Positions 1 to 9,225 of a DNA stretch of 64,000 nt are shown here, one piece after another. Position 1 is the first letter of the stretch. Each line of letters opens with the position of its first letter. Location of the stretch: positions 17,190 to 81,189 of the forward strand of contig CAZAYP010000007.1 in the NCBI GenBank assembly GCA_964489425.1. Direction: 5' to 3'. The notes under the pieces were generated by a model. That model had not been told where the DNA came from and did not search any database. It was given only the letters and a program-made list of their open reading frames with translations. This DNA comes from an uncultured Verrucomicrobiota bacterium (lineage in GTDB: Bacteria; Verrucomicrobiota; Kiritimatiellia; RZYC01; CAZAYP01). The translations under genes and the position numbers were made by a program.

Positions 1-483
1 TTGCCCTATACCATTGTGCGGCCGTCGGCCTTGTACGGCGCGCGCTGCATCAGCCGGCGGGTGGGCCAGGTCTTCATCGAGAATGCGCTGCGCGGCCAGG
101 ATGTTGTGATCCGCGGCAACGGCGAAGAGTGTCTCGATTTCACCTATATCGATGACCTGGTCCATGGCATCGGGCAATGCATTGCCCACCCGGCCGCCCG
201 CAACCAGGTGCTCAATATAACTTATGGCCAGGGGCGGTCCATCAATTCCATGGCGGCGATCTTGCAGCAGCACTTTCCCGCGGTGAGCATCCGCCACATG
301 CCGCGGGACGATCTGATGCCGGAACGCGGCACCCTTTCGATCCAAAAAGCGCGCGCTACGATCGGTTATCAACCGCGCTTTCCCCTGGAGGACGGCTTTG
401 CCCGCTATATCGCATGGTATCGCCAGATGGCATCCCAGTTCCAACCCCGGCCCGGCGCGGCCGGCCCGCAGATCAATGAGTAG
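1..483 (+). CDS. NAD-dependent epimerase/dehydratase, C-terminal part (gene starts upstream of window)
   Basis: ORF runs off the 5' edge. The YxxxK-distal region typical of SDR-type sugar epimerases/dehydratases (…RPSALYG…NITYGQGRS…) is followed by a NeuB-like synthase cluster. Confidence 0.55.
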   Translation: MPYTIVRPSALYGARCISRRVGQVFIENALRGQDVVIRGNGEECLDFTYIDDLVHGIGQCIAHPAARNQVLNITYGQGRSINSMAAILQQHFPAVSIRHMPRDDLMPERGTLSIQKARATIGYQPRFPLEDGFARYIAWYRQMASQFQPRPGAAGPQINE

Positions 484-1216
484 CGAGCAGGCCATGGTTC
501 AACGCGCCATGTCGGCCCATGCCGACCCGTGGTTGGCGGGGTTGTTCGGGCATCCGGTGTACCGCCTTGATGTTGCCGGCACGACCCTCATGCCCGAACC
601 GCCTGCGCTGCGGCAAACCCCGGTTTTCGTCTTTGCGAAGGTGCCGACCCGGGACGCAGCGGCGAGTCAATGGCTGGAAGCCCACGGGTTCCACCTGGTG
701 GATACCAGCGTTGTTTTCGATAAGCCCATCGACCACCGGCAGCCCCCCCCCGCGCAGGGCGCGATTCGCGCGGCGCTCCCGGCGGATCGGAAGGCTGTGA
801 TGAATCTGGCGCGGCGCAGCTTCGTGTGTTCGCGTTTTCACCTGGATCCCCGCGTGCCGCGCGCCCTGGCTGACCAGGTCAAGGCGGAGTGGGTCGGAAA
901 TTATTTCTCGGGCCAGCGGGGAGACGTCCTCTGGGTGGCGGAGCGCGATCAACAGATCGTTGGGTTTCTCCTGTTGTTGAAAGGCGGGGAGACGGACCTG
1001 ATCATCGATCTGATCGCCGTGGACGAAAGTTGTCGCGGCCGGGGGCTCGCCCGCGCGCTTATTGCCTGTGCCGAAGCGCAGTCCGACCGGGCGCGCCTGG
1101 TCGTGGGCACCCAGGTCGCCAACGTGTCGTCAGTCCGCATGTACGAGGCCTGCGGTTTCCGCCTGCGCACGTCCCATTATATTTACCACTTCCATTCTCC
1201 GCAACCTGCGAGCTGA
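477..1216 (+). CDS. GNAT family N-acetyltransferase (PseH-like position in nonulosonic acid cluster)
   Basis: ATG at 477 lies inside the longer 398..1216 ORF. The C-terminal GNAT core 'QIVGFLLL…IAVDESCRGRGLARALI…RMYEACGFRL' (R-x-x-G-x-G/A motif) is present. Contains a C9 tract at 733-741. Confidence 0.6.
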
Positions 1217-1223
1217 AAAAGCC

Positions 1224-2240
1224 ATGCGCATCGGCCCCTTAGATACTCAACTGCACCCGCTCGTTATCGCCGAAATCGGCAACAACCACGAAGGCCACGA
1301 AGAGGTGGCTTGCCGGATGATCGATGCGGCAGCCAAAGCCGGCGCGGATATTGTCAAGTTCCAAACCTACCGCACCGAGCACTACGTCAGCGTCCACCAG
1401 GCCGAACGATTTGCCCGCCTGAAGCAGTTCGAGCTCAGCTATGCTATTTTCGAACATCTGGGCCGCGTCGCGCGTGATTGCGGCGTGGTATTCCTGTCCA
1501 CGCCGCTCGACCTGGAAAGCGCCGCCTTCCTGAATGACCTTGTGCCGGCGTTTAAGATCGCTTCGGGCGACAACACGTTCCGTCCGCTCATCGAATGCGT
1601 GGCTGGCTTCGACAAGCCGGTTTTGTTGTCGGCCGGGATCGCCACCTACGCGGAGCTTTGTTCCGCCGCCGGCTGGCTGCGGGCCGTGTGGGACGCGCAG
1701 GGGGTGAACCCGGGCCTGGCCGTGTTGCACTGCGTCACCGCTTACCCGGCGCCGCCCGACCAGGTCAACCTGGCGGTGTTGAGCCGCCTGGGCCGGGAAA
1801 TCCCGGATATTACCGTGGGGTATTCCGATCACACCCTCGGCATCGAGGCGGCGGTGCTGGCCGTGGCGCTGGGCGCACGCATCGTTGAGAAGCATTTTAC
1901 CCTGGACCATCATTATTCCGATTTCAGGGATCACCAGTTGTCGGCCGAGCCCCGCGAGTTGGCCGACCTCGTCCGGCGCGTGCGCGCGGCCGCTGTCTTG
2001 CTGGGCCGGGACGCCAAGGAGCCCGGGGCCAGCGAGCAGCAGTTGGCGCCCCAGGTGCGGCGCTCCGTTGTGGCGGCACGCGACTTGCCGGCCGGGACCA
2101 TGCTGGCCGCCCGCGATATCACCTGGGTGCGGCCCGCGGGCGGTTTGCCCCCTGGCGCTGAGCGCGCGTTGCTGGGCCGGCGCCTGCGGACGGCGGTCGC
2201 CGCCGGCGATCTGTTCGCCTTGGAGATGATGGAGGCCTGA
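1224..2240 (+). CDS. N-acylneuraminate/pseudaminate/legionaminate synthase family (NeuB/PseI/LegI-like) with C-terminal SAF domain
   Basis: N-terminus 'MRIGPLD…PLVIAEIGNNHEGHEEVACRMIDAAAKAGADIVKFQTY' matches the NeuB signature. A SAF-like C-terminus is present. The 1062 ORF start is upstream of the likely ATG at 1224. Confidence 0.75.
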   Translation: MRIGPLDTQLHPLVIAEIGNNHEGHEEVACRMIDAAAKAGADIVKFQTYRTEHYVSVHQAERFARLKQFELSYAIFEHLGRVARDCGVVFLSTPLDLESAAFLNDLVPAFKIASGDNTFRPLIECVAGFDKPVLLSAGIATYAELCSAAGWLRAVWDAQGVNPGLAVLHCVTAYPAPPDQVNLAVLSRLGREIPDITVGYSDHTLGIEAAVLAVALGARIVEKHFTLDHHYSDFRDHQLSAEPRELADLVRRVRAAAVLLGRDAKEPGASEQQLAPQVRRSVVAARDLPAGTMLAARDITWVRPAGGLPPGAERALLGRRLRTAVAAGDLFALEMMEA

Positions 2241-2242
2241 CG

Positions 2243-2959
2243 TTGCGCGTAGTGCTCCTGACCACCGAAGCCCTGCATCATGCCCATTATGTGCGGGAAG
2301 TGGGCAAGCTTTGTCCTTGGATCCGCGTGTACCTGGAGACCGAATCAAAGCCTGCGCCGTTCCCCGCCCGCCATCCTTTCGAGGATGAGCGGGATCAATG
2401 GGAACGCCGCCAATGGTTCGGCGATGGCCCCGCAGCGGTGGGGGATTTTGCCGACGTGATGCGGGTGCCCTCCATGAACGAGGCCGTTGCCATGCAGGCG
2501 TTGCGGGCGGACCGCCCGGACGTGGTCCTGGTATTCGGCACCGGCCGGCTGCGGCCGCCGGTGCTGGCGTGCTGCCCGGAAGGATTCGCCAATCTGCACG
2601 GTGGCGATCCCGAGGAATACCGAGGACTGGACTCGCACTTGTGGGCCATCTACCACCGGGATTTCGAGGCCTTGGTGACCACCTTGCACCGGGTGAACCC
2701 GGCCTTGGACGACGGCGAGATCGTGTTGCAGGGCGCGCTGGATATCCGCCGTGGCATGACGTTGCCCGAACTCCGGGCGGTCAACACGGCGCTGTGTGTC
2801 GACTTGACCCGGGGCGCGCTGGCCATGTTCAGGGAAATGGGCCGGTTCATCGGCCGGCCACAACGGCGCCAGGGCCGCTACTACTCGGCCATGCCGGCCG
2901 TGCTGAAAGAGGATTGCTTGCGAAAATTCAACCAGCGCGTGGCGACGTTGTCGGAATGA
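2243..2959 (+). CDS. formyltransferase-like domain protein (Fmt N-terminal fold)
   Basis: TTG start directly after the synthase stop. 'VVLVFGTGRLRPPVL…FANLHGGDPEEYRGLDSHLWAIY' resembles the formyl_trans_N core (HxSLLPxxRG analogue). Confidence 0.45.
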   Translation: MRVVLLTTEALHHAHYVREVGKLCPWIRVYLETESKPAPFPARHPFEDERDQWERRQWFGDGPAAVGDFADVMRVPSMNEAVAMQALRADRPDVVLVFGTGRLRPPVLACCPEGFANLHGGDPEEYRGLDSHLWAIYHRDFEALVTTLHRVNPALDDGEIVLQGALDIRRGMTLPELRAVNTALCVDLTRGALAMFREMGRFIGRPQRRQGRYYSAMPAVLKEDCLRKFNQRVATLSE

Positions 2960-3858
2960 AATGGTCTCAATACCTTGGTGAAGACGGCTATGTCATCTAT
3001 CTCTTTCACGGGGTGATCCCCGCCCAAACTCATCCCGTGCGGAATTACACGCGGAAGCATATCCCGGTTGACGAATTCGGCGCGATTTTGGACGACTTGA
3101 GCCGCGCGGGGACACCGGTCGCGATGGGTGACATCCGGCAGGCTGGCGAAGCGGGAACCCGCCTGCCTCCCCGCGCCTTTGCCATCACGTTTGATGACGG
3201 GTTCGAAAACAACGTCTCCGTGGCCTTGCCGCAACTGGAGCGGAGGAAGATTCCGGCCACCTTCTATGTCACTACCGATTTTGTGGACCGAAACTGCCTG
3301 GGGTGGATTGACCAGGTGGAACAGGGAATGGAGGCGGCCGCCGACGTGGTTTTGGATATGCCGAAGTACGGGATTGTCGGTCGAGCGCGAACCGTACAGG
3401 AAAAGAACGCGTTGCTGGATGTCGTGCGGGTGCGCATGAAAACCCGGTCCGATGCGGATCTTTATGCTTTCGCGGAAGCGGCCGTAAGGCAGATGGGCGT
3501 GAATGATCCGGAGCCGGATCGCTGGCTGGATCAAAAAATGACCTGGGCCCAGGTGCGCGATCTGCATCGGCATCCCCTATGCCTGGTGGGCGGGCACAGT
3601 CATTGCCACCGGATTCTTTCGTTTTTGTCAGCCCGGGAACTGGAGCGCGATATCGAAACCAGCCTGTGCCTGCTCCAGGAGAAGGCGGGCGTGGGTCCTG
3701 TCCATTATTCCTATCCGGAAGGGCTGATTCACTGTTACTCCCCCGCGGTGATTGCCTGCCTCAAGGAACAAGGCGTTCGTTGTTGCCCAACCGCTATAGA
3801 GGGCATGAACCGAGTTGGGGCCGACCTCTTCCACCTCAAAAGGATCATGGTGAGTTGA
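2956..3858 (+). CDS. polysaccharide deacetylase (NodB homology domain)
   Basis: 'AFAITFDDGFENNVSVALPQLERRKIPATFYVTTDFV' is the NodB motif 1/2 region. The ATG at 2956 ('MKWSQYL') is inside the long 2398..3858 ORF, whose 5' part is antisense/overlapping noise. Confidence 0.7.
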   Translation: MKWSQYLGEDGYVIYLFHGVIPAQTHPVRNYTRKHIPVDEFGAILDDLSRAGTPVAMGDIRQAGEAGTRLPPRAFAITFDDGFENNVSVALPQLERRKIPATFYVTTDFVDRNCLGWIDQVEQGMEAAADVVLDMPKYGIVGRARTVQEKNALLDVVRVRMKTRSDADLYAFAEAAVRQMGVNDPEPDRWLDQKMTWAQVRDLHRHPLCLVGGHSHCHRILSFLSARELERDIETSLCLLQEKAGVGPVHYSYPEGLIHCYSPAVIACLKEQGVRCCPTAIEGMNRVGADLFHLKRIMVS

Positions 3859-3873
3859 TGGTTATAATGCTTT

Positions 3874-4200
3874 ATGATTGATAATGCGTTAAAGCAAGAT
3901 CTGGCTCGAATTCTGGCGGGACGAAACGTGGTCAAAGCCGTTCTGTTCGGTTCATTCGCCCGGGGAACCCAAAGCCGGCACAGCGACATCGATCTGATGC
4001 TCATTCAGAAAACCGACCGCCGTTTTCTTGACCGGTACAATGAATTATATCCTGAAATTATGCGGCTCTTTCGCGGGCGGGGGGTGGATTTGTTGATTTA
4101 TACCCCCGAGGAAATCGCGGCCATTTCTCATCGAAAATTCATACAAACCATATTGCAAAAGGGAGTGACCATCTATGAGCAGGGAACGACAACATCATGA
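3874..4200 (+). CDS. minimal nucleotidyltransferase (MNT) antitoxin of a HEPN/MNT type II TA pair
   Basis: 'VVKAVLFGSFARGTQSRHSDIDLML' is the GS…DxD polymerase-beta-type NTase motif. 108 aa. AT-rich relative to flanks. A TATAAT box at 3863-3868 lies immediately 5' of the ATG. Confidence 0.75.
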   Translation: MIDNALKQDLARILAGRNVVKAVLFGSFARGTQSRHSDIDLMLIQKTDRRFLDRYNELYPEIMRLFRGRGVDLLIYTPEEIAAISHRKFIQTILQKGVTIYEQGTTTS

Positions 4201-4588
4201 GGCGTTAAGGTGGTTGACCACGGCGGAAGAGGATTTGAAAGCGGCGGAAGCGCTTCAGAACGCCGAAATGTTTTCGCATTGTTGTTTTATGGCGCAACAA
4301 TGCGCGGAGAAGGCGGTCAAGGCGCTTTGGTGCGATTTGGATGAGGATCCGTGGGGTCACAGCGTTCAAAAACTGATGCTTGATCTGCCGGCGGACCGCC
4401 GCGGTTTTGTGTCGGCGGAAATGCTGGATATGGCGGCCGCTTTGGACCGCTTTTACATCCCGGCGCGCTATCCGAACGGGTTGCCGGACTTGACGCCGGG
4501 TGCGACTTTTCATGCCAGGGATGCCGAGGTGGCGCACCAGGGGGCGGCAACCATTCTCAAGGCGATAAGGGCCTTAATCAAAGGCTGA
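4175..4588 (+). CDS. HEPN domain toxin (partner of MNT)
   Basis: 137 aa, overlaps the MNT gene by 26 nt. 'AEKAVKALW' lies in the HEPN helical core. Classic MNT-HEPN gene order. Confidence 0.7.
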   Translation: MSRERQHHEALRWLTTAEEDLKAAEALQNAEMFSHCCFMAQQCAEKAVKALWCDLDEDPWGHSVQKLMLDLPADRRGFVSAEMLDMAAALDRFYIPARYPNGLPDLTPGATFHARDAEVAHQGAATILKAIRALIKG

Positions 4589-4686
4589 AATCGTGTGGCC
4601 TGGCTGTAACCGGCGCTCTGCCGCCGGAATGGGACCTGGTAAACGCGGCTGCGGTCCTGGTGTCTCTGAAGTAAAAAAGGATTTCC

Positions 4687-5574
4687 ATGGATACGAATGA
4701 ACGGGTTGATCTGCGCGATAAATATCTCGCGCTGTTAAGGAACACGCTTACCCGGGCGATCGACGGCGACGCGATTGATTATCGCGATGCCGACGAGGCG
4801 CCTTCCTGGATCAAGCCGGAATCCGAGGAAGACAGGAAGAACATCGCGAAAGCCCGGGAACTGTTGCGGGCCGTCGGCAGCAACTCGACCGAGCATTGGC
4901 TGGATGTTCGCCGCTGTGTCCGGCTTGACAGCCGGCGGATTGCCGAGGGGCGGCAAGTGCATCCGAATGCGGAGACCATGGTGGGGCTGCGGCGCCTGGA
5001 AAATATCGAGCAGTTGATCCGGGACGTCTGCGAAAAGAACGTGCCCGGCGACTACGTGGAGGCCGGCGTGTGGCGGGGCGGCGCTTCGATCTACGCGGCG
5101 GCCTGCCTGCAGGCCTATTCCAGGACGCCTCGCGCGCAGTATCTCTACGACACCTTTGGCGGCTTTGCCACGGTGGAAAACCCGGATTCCCCGGACTATG
5201 GCGACGAGCACTGGAAGCAGACGATGCTCCAGGTGAGCCGGGAGGCGGTCCGCGCGAATTTTGTGAAGTACGGGCTGCTCACGGACAACGTGGCGTTTGT
5301 GGAAGGCGACGTCCGCGAAACGGCCCCGCGGCACCCGGCCAGGCCCATTTCCGTGCTGCGGCTGGACGTTGATTTATATGATCCGACCATGGCCGCCCTG
5401 GAGAACTTCTTTCCCAAGATCTCACCCGGCGGTTTCGTGATCATTGACGACTGGAACTACGAGGTCAACGGACGCCGGCCCGCCCAGGACGCGGTGAAGG
5501 ATTACCTGGCGGAGCGCCGGCGGAGCGTCGAATTCGTCCCCATTGATTACATGGCGGTGTTCTTCGGGGTTTGA
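4687..5574 (+). CDS. TylF/MycF-family (macrocin-type) sugar O-methyltransferase
   Basis: 'PGDYVEAGVWRGGASIY…LYDTFGGF…LRLDVDLYDPT' matches TylF family signatures (class I SAM MTase, metal dependent). Confidence 0.7.
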   Translation: MDTNERVDLRDKYLALLRNTLTRAIDGDAIDYRDADEAPSWIKPESEEDRKNIAKARELLRAVGSNSTEHWLDVRRCVRLDSRRIAEGRQVHPNAETMVGLRRLENIEQLIRDVCEKNVPGDYVEAGVWRGGASIYAAACLQAYSRTPRAQYLYDTFGGFATVENPDSPDYGDEHWKQTMLQVSREAVRANFVKYGLLTDNVAFVEGDVRETAPRHPARPISVLRLDVDLYDPTMAALENFFPKISPGGFVIIDDWNYEVNGRRPAQDAVKDYLAERRRSVEFVPIDYMAVFFGV

Positions 5575-5593
5575 CCGCTCAAGGAAAAAATCC

Positions 5594-6310
5594 ATGACCG
5601 AACTCGTCCCGCCCATTACCTGCTATTCCCAGTACGGGGAAGACGTCCTGGCGCATCACATCCTGTCCGCGCTTGGGGTTCGCGCCGGGGGCTACATGGA
5701 TGTCGGGTGCGGGCATCCGGTGGAGTTCAACAACACCTACCTGTTCTACCTCGCGGGCTGGCGGGGGGTGCACGTGGATCCGGATCCCTCCTTCCAACCG
5801 CTGTACCAACAGGTTCGGCCGGGTGACGATTTTCTGTGCGCGGCGGTGGGATCCGGGTGCCAGGCGATCCGTTACTATCGGTTTTCGCCGTATTATTACT
5901 CGACCTGCGAAAAGACCCGGGCAGACCTGCTGATGCAGGATCCAGCAGTCAAGTATCTCGGGGCGGCAGAGGTCCGCGGCTGTCCGCTGTCCGTTGTGCT
6001 GGCCGAGTACGCGGCTGCCCATCCGGAGTTTTCGCTCGACCTTATGTCCGTGGATGTTGAGGGACTGGAGTTGGAGGTCTTGATCTCCAATGACTGGGCC
6101 AAGTTCCGGCCCAAGGTACTCATTATGGAAATCCTCGGGCTTCAGGCCGCCAACGGGTTGCTGCGCACGCCCGCCTATCGGCTGTTGAGAGAGATGGGGT
6201 ATTCCCTGAAGGCCATGACGCAGAACTCGTTTGTTTTCGCGGATTGCACGCTTGAAAATTTCAGCCGGTACCCGGAGCTGCCGCTGGGGCCCGTGACCGT
6301 TCTCGATTAA
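5594..6310 (+). CDS. FkbM-family methyltransferase (putative)
   Basis: 'YSQYGEDVLAHHIL…YMDVGCGHPVEFNNT' is a Methyltransf_21-like N-terminus. The 5543 ORF start is probably too long. The ATG at 5594 follows 'AAGGAAAAAA'. Confidence 0.5.
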   Translation: MTELVPPITCYSQYGEDVLAHHILSALGVRAGGYMDVGCGHPVEFNNTYLFYLAGWRGVHVDPDPSFQPLYQQVRPGDDFLCAAVGSGCQAIRYYRFSPYYYSTCEKTRADLLMQDPAVKYLGAAEVRGCPLSVVLAEYAAAHPEFSLDLMSVDVEGLELEVLISNDWAKFRPKVLIMEILGLQAANGLLRTPAYRLLREMGYSLKAMTQNSFVFADCTLENFSRYPELPLGPVTVLD

Positions 6311-6366
6311 GCGGCCCCTCCCCCGGTCCCTCCAAGGCGGGGAGAAAAGCAGGAACAGGTGAACCC

Positions 6367-7248
6367 ATGAAACTTCCCCAGTATATTTCCGAATACCGCT
6401 TGTGCGGACGCTCGGGCACCTTGAGTTCCGCCTTGCTCCGGTCGGAATATCTCAAACTCCTTTGGCAATGCGCCAGGGAAAGCCGCGAAGACCGGAAGCC
6501 GCCTTCGGGAGGGGCGCCACATCGCATGCGTTTCCTGGGGAAAGACCTCCATTGCTTTCATCGCGAGAGCGTCGTGTCTCTTTACCGCGAAATATTTATC
6601 TACCAGCATTACAATCCGCCGATAACCTTGGGAGACAAGCCGGTCATCGTGGACGCGGGCGGCAATATCGGCATGTTCAGCATCTATGCCTCAATGGTTT
6701 TCCCGGGTGCCAGCATCCGGACGTTTGAGGCGGATCCGACCACCTTTGCCGCGCTGAAGATCAACTTGGACACCTACGTGGGCGGGCGGGCGAAGGTTCA
6801 CAACGTGGCGCTTGCAGATCGAAGCGGGACGACCCATATCGTAGTGGATGGCGATAACCCCAACCGGTGTACGAATACGATCCTGGCGGATTTTCTTTCA
6901 AAGTCCGCTCGCCGTGTCTCTGCGGAAGAGGTTCCGCTGGCGAAACTGTCCGACCTTTGCGACGATCTGCCGCGGGTCGACTTCATGAAAATGGACATCG
7001 AGGGCGCGGAGTTCCCGGTGTTCGATGACCTTTACAAGTCGGGCCTGCTCCGCCGGATTGGTTCGCTGGCCATGGAGGTGCACCGCCGGGCCTATGAGTC
7101 GGTCGAATCGCCTCACCGCTTGAGCGGGTTTCTGCGGCAGTTGGAGGAGGTCGGATTCGCGATGGATTTCTTCGCGCGGGCGGAGCGGCCGTTTGGCTTG
7201 AAACGGTTGGATGAAACGTTTATGATCAGAGCTTGGAGGAAATCATGA
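6367..7248 (+). CDS. FkbM-family methyltransferase
   Basis: 'KPVIVDAGGNIGMFSIYAS' (FkbM G-x-G-x-G motif), '…FEADPTTFAALKIN' and 'DFMKMDIEGAEFPV' are present. Confidence 0.65.
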   Translation: MKLPQYISEYRLCGRSGTLSSALLRSEYLKLLWQCARESREDRKPPSGGAPHRMRFLGKDLHCFHRESVVSLYREIFIYQHYNPPITLGDKPVIVDAGGNIGMFSIYASMVFPGASIRTFEADPTTFAALKINLDTYVGGRAKVHNVALADRSGTTHIVVDGDNPNRCTNTILADFLSKSARRVSAEEVPLAKLSDLCDDLPRVDFMKMDIEGAEFPVFDDLYKSGLLRRIGSLAMEVHRRAYESVESPHRLSGFLRQLEEVGFAMDFFARAERPFGLKRLDETFMIRAWRKS

Positions 7249-9101
7249 GAAGCGCTGTGCAATACATTGTTCGCTGGGGCAGGGGACAGGATGCTGGTTT
7301 GGATCGATTGTCGGGCATTCTGAAAGGCCAATATGGGAAAAGGCCGGGGGCTGTCTTCACCAAGGTGGATGCCTATGTAAAACAGGGCTTTGCTGCGGTC
7401 GCCCTGGTCGATGAGCCGTATACGGACGATCATGTGGCCTGGACGCGACAGGTTGCCGTAATCACCTCCGGCGCGCCGGTCACGCCGTCGGGCAAGCCGG
7501 TCTTCGCGCGCATGATCGCCGAAGCCTGCGAGCAGGGGCCGCAGGATCTGCTGGACTATCTGCCCGGCATCAGCGGCGGATTTTCGCTGGTCGCTTTCTT
7601 CCCGGACCTGGAAAAGCTGGTCGTGGTTCGCGACCGGTTCGGCCTGACGCCGGTTTATTACTCGTTCAAGGACGGGGGGCCGGTCGCGGTCGGCACCGGG
7701 CCTTTGACGGCGGCGCGAGCGATGGGCGTGGTGGAGCCAAATCAGAAGTTCATCGCACGATATATGGTCTTTCGCTATGACGAGATTTTCGGTCACGAGG
7801 AGACTTTTCTCAAGGACACCTGGTTCGTCCCGCCCGCCACCGCCGTGGAGATCGGCGGCGAGATCGCGCGTCGGCGGTATTGGTCGTTTGCCGAACTGGA
7901 TCGGACGGTATGGACAGATGAGAGCCTGCTTGAAGAGGCCTGCTTGAATCACCTTCTGTCCTCGACCCGGCAGGCGGTCTACAACGACGTGACACAGGCC
8001 GACCTGGAGAAGTCCATCATTGCCTTGAGCAGTGGATTGGACTCCTCTTCCGTGGCGGGCGCCTGCAAGAAGCTCGGGCAGCCGCTTGCGGCCTTCACCG
8101 CGCGTTACGATGTGCCTTCTCCCGTAAACGAGTTTGAGCCGGCGCAACGGATAGCCGAAGGGGTCTGCCGCGAGTGGAAGCCGGTGGTTATTTCGCCGGA
8201 CGACTTCCTGGCTTCATGGAAGAACGCATACTCGATCCACGAGTATCCGCTGGCCACGAGCGCCTGCCTGGGCTACGACGTCTTGCTGAAAAAAGTCGCC
8301 GCGCTCGGATATCGGCGAATAGTCACGGGCGGGAGCAGTGACGATCTCTTCGCGGGCAACTATCCCTGCTATCTTTACAATCTGGCCGACCTGTTTGCGG
8401 GTCATTCTCCGCGTTTTGAACGCGAATTCCATGCCTGGGTAAAGTTGCATGGGACCGCGGAATTTCCCAAGGATCTCATGGTCCTGTGGGATTTTCTCAC
8501 CAGCCACGTGGATCTTTCCGAGCGGGGCACGGTGACGCCCAAACCGCGGCTGTTGAGCCGCGATCTGGTGCGGGTGGATTGCCTGGGAGACGCCCTGCAT
8601 TCGGCGCCGACCATCCGGATGAATGCCGGGGGATATCTGCATTCCTACGCGGCTTACGGCTTCTGGTTCGCCGCGAAACAGCCGGGGCTGCTACCCATCG
8701 CCGAAGGGGTCTGGCATTTCGGGCCCGAGATGCTCGACCCGTTCACCAACGAGAGCTTCCTCAAGTTCGCCTGGAAACTGCCGTCGCATTGGAAGATTCA
8801 GGACGGCTACAACAAGGTCATCCTGCGAAAGATCATGAAAGATCTTCTGCCGACCGAGATCGTGGGCCGCGTGACCAAGGTCGGGTTCGACGTGCCGTTC
8901 CAGACGTGGTCCGCCCTGCCGGGCTACCGAGAGTTTATTTCCGATTTGCTTCAGTCCCCGCAGGCGCGGCAGGTGGATTCGGTGGTGGACATACAGGCCG
9001 TGCGCCGGATCGTGTCGGGCGAGGTGTCGAGGCCGATCCTGCCCATGCTGGTCTGGCAGATCGCCAACGCGATCCTGTGGCTGAAGATGATACGCCCATA
9101 A
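7245..9101 (+). CDS. asparagine-synthase-like amidotransferase (AsnB C-terminal synthetase domain; N-terminal Cys absent)
   Basis: 'IALSSGLDSSSVAGA' is the PP-loop SGGLDSS motif. The N-terminus lacks the Ntn Cys2, so it may be ammonia-dependent. ~620 aa. Confidence 0.6.
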   Translation: MRSAVQYIVRWGRGQDAGLDRLSGILKGQYGKRPGAVFTKVDAYVKQGFAAVALVDEPYTDDHVAWTRQVAVITSGAPVTPSGKPVFARMIAEACEQGPQDLLDYLPGISGGFSLVAFFPDLEKLVVVRDRFGLTPVYYSFKDGGPVAVGTGPLTAARAMGVVEPNQKFIARYMVFRYDEIFGHEETFLKDTWFVPPATAVEIGGEIARRRYWSFAELDRTVWTDESLLEEACLNHLLSSTRQAVYNDVTQADLEKSIIALSSGLDSSSVAGACKKLGQPLAAFTARYDVPSPVNEFEPAQRIAEGVCREWKPVVISPDDFLASWKNAYSIHEYPLATSACLGYDVLLKKVAALGYRRIVTGGSSDDLFAGNYPCYLYNLADLFAGHSPRFEREFHAWVKLHGTAEFPKDLMVLWDFLTSHVDLSERGTVTPKPRLLSRDLVRVDCLGDALHSAPTIRMNAGGYLHSYAAYGFWFAAKQPGLLPIAEGVWHFGPEMLDPFTNESFLKFAWKLPSHWKIQDGYNKVILRKIMKDLLPTEIVGRVTKVGFDVPFQTWSALPGYREFISDLLQSPQARQVDSVVDIQAVRRIVSGEVSRPILPMLVWQIANAILWLKMIRP

Positions 9102-9225
9102 TTCGGGCGCTCAACGGAGCATAGCGCCTGAGTGCGGGGATCGCGGGCCCCGGGCTGGCCTGCATTACGGTGCATAAAAAGCTCCGCATCAACATTTCGT
9201 TTATAAAATAGAAAGGTGGTATGCA

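Noticed and set aside
1239-2348. 369-aa minus-strand ORF antisense to the NeuB-like synthase gene
   Set aside because: The product is Gly/Arg/Ala-rich and low-complexity, typical of GC-rich antisense frames. The plus-strand product has clear NeuB motifs.
2398-2955. 5' 186 codons of the 486-aa ORF 2398..3858
   Set aside because: It overlaps the formyltransferase-like gene in another frame and the translation is Arg/Gly/Pro-rich noise. The real deacetylase start is the ATG at 2956.
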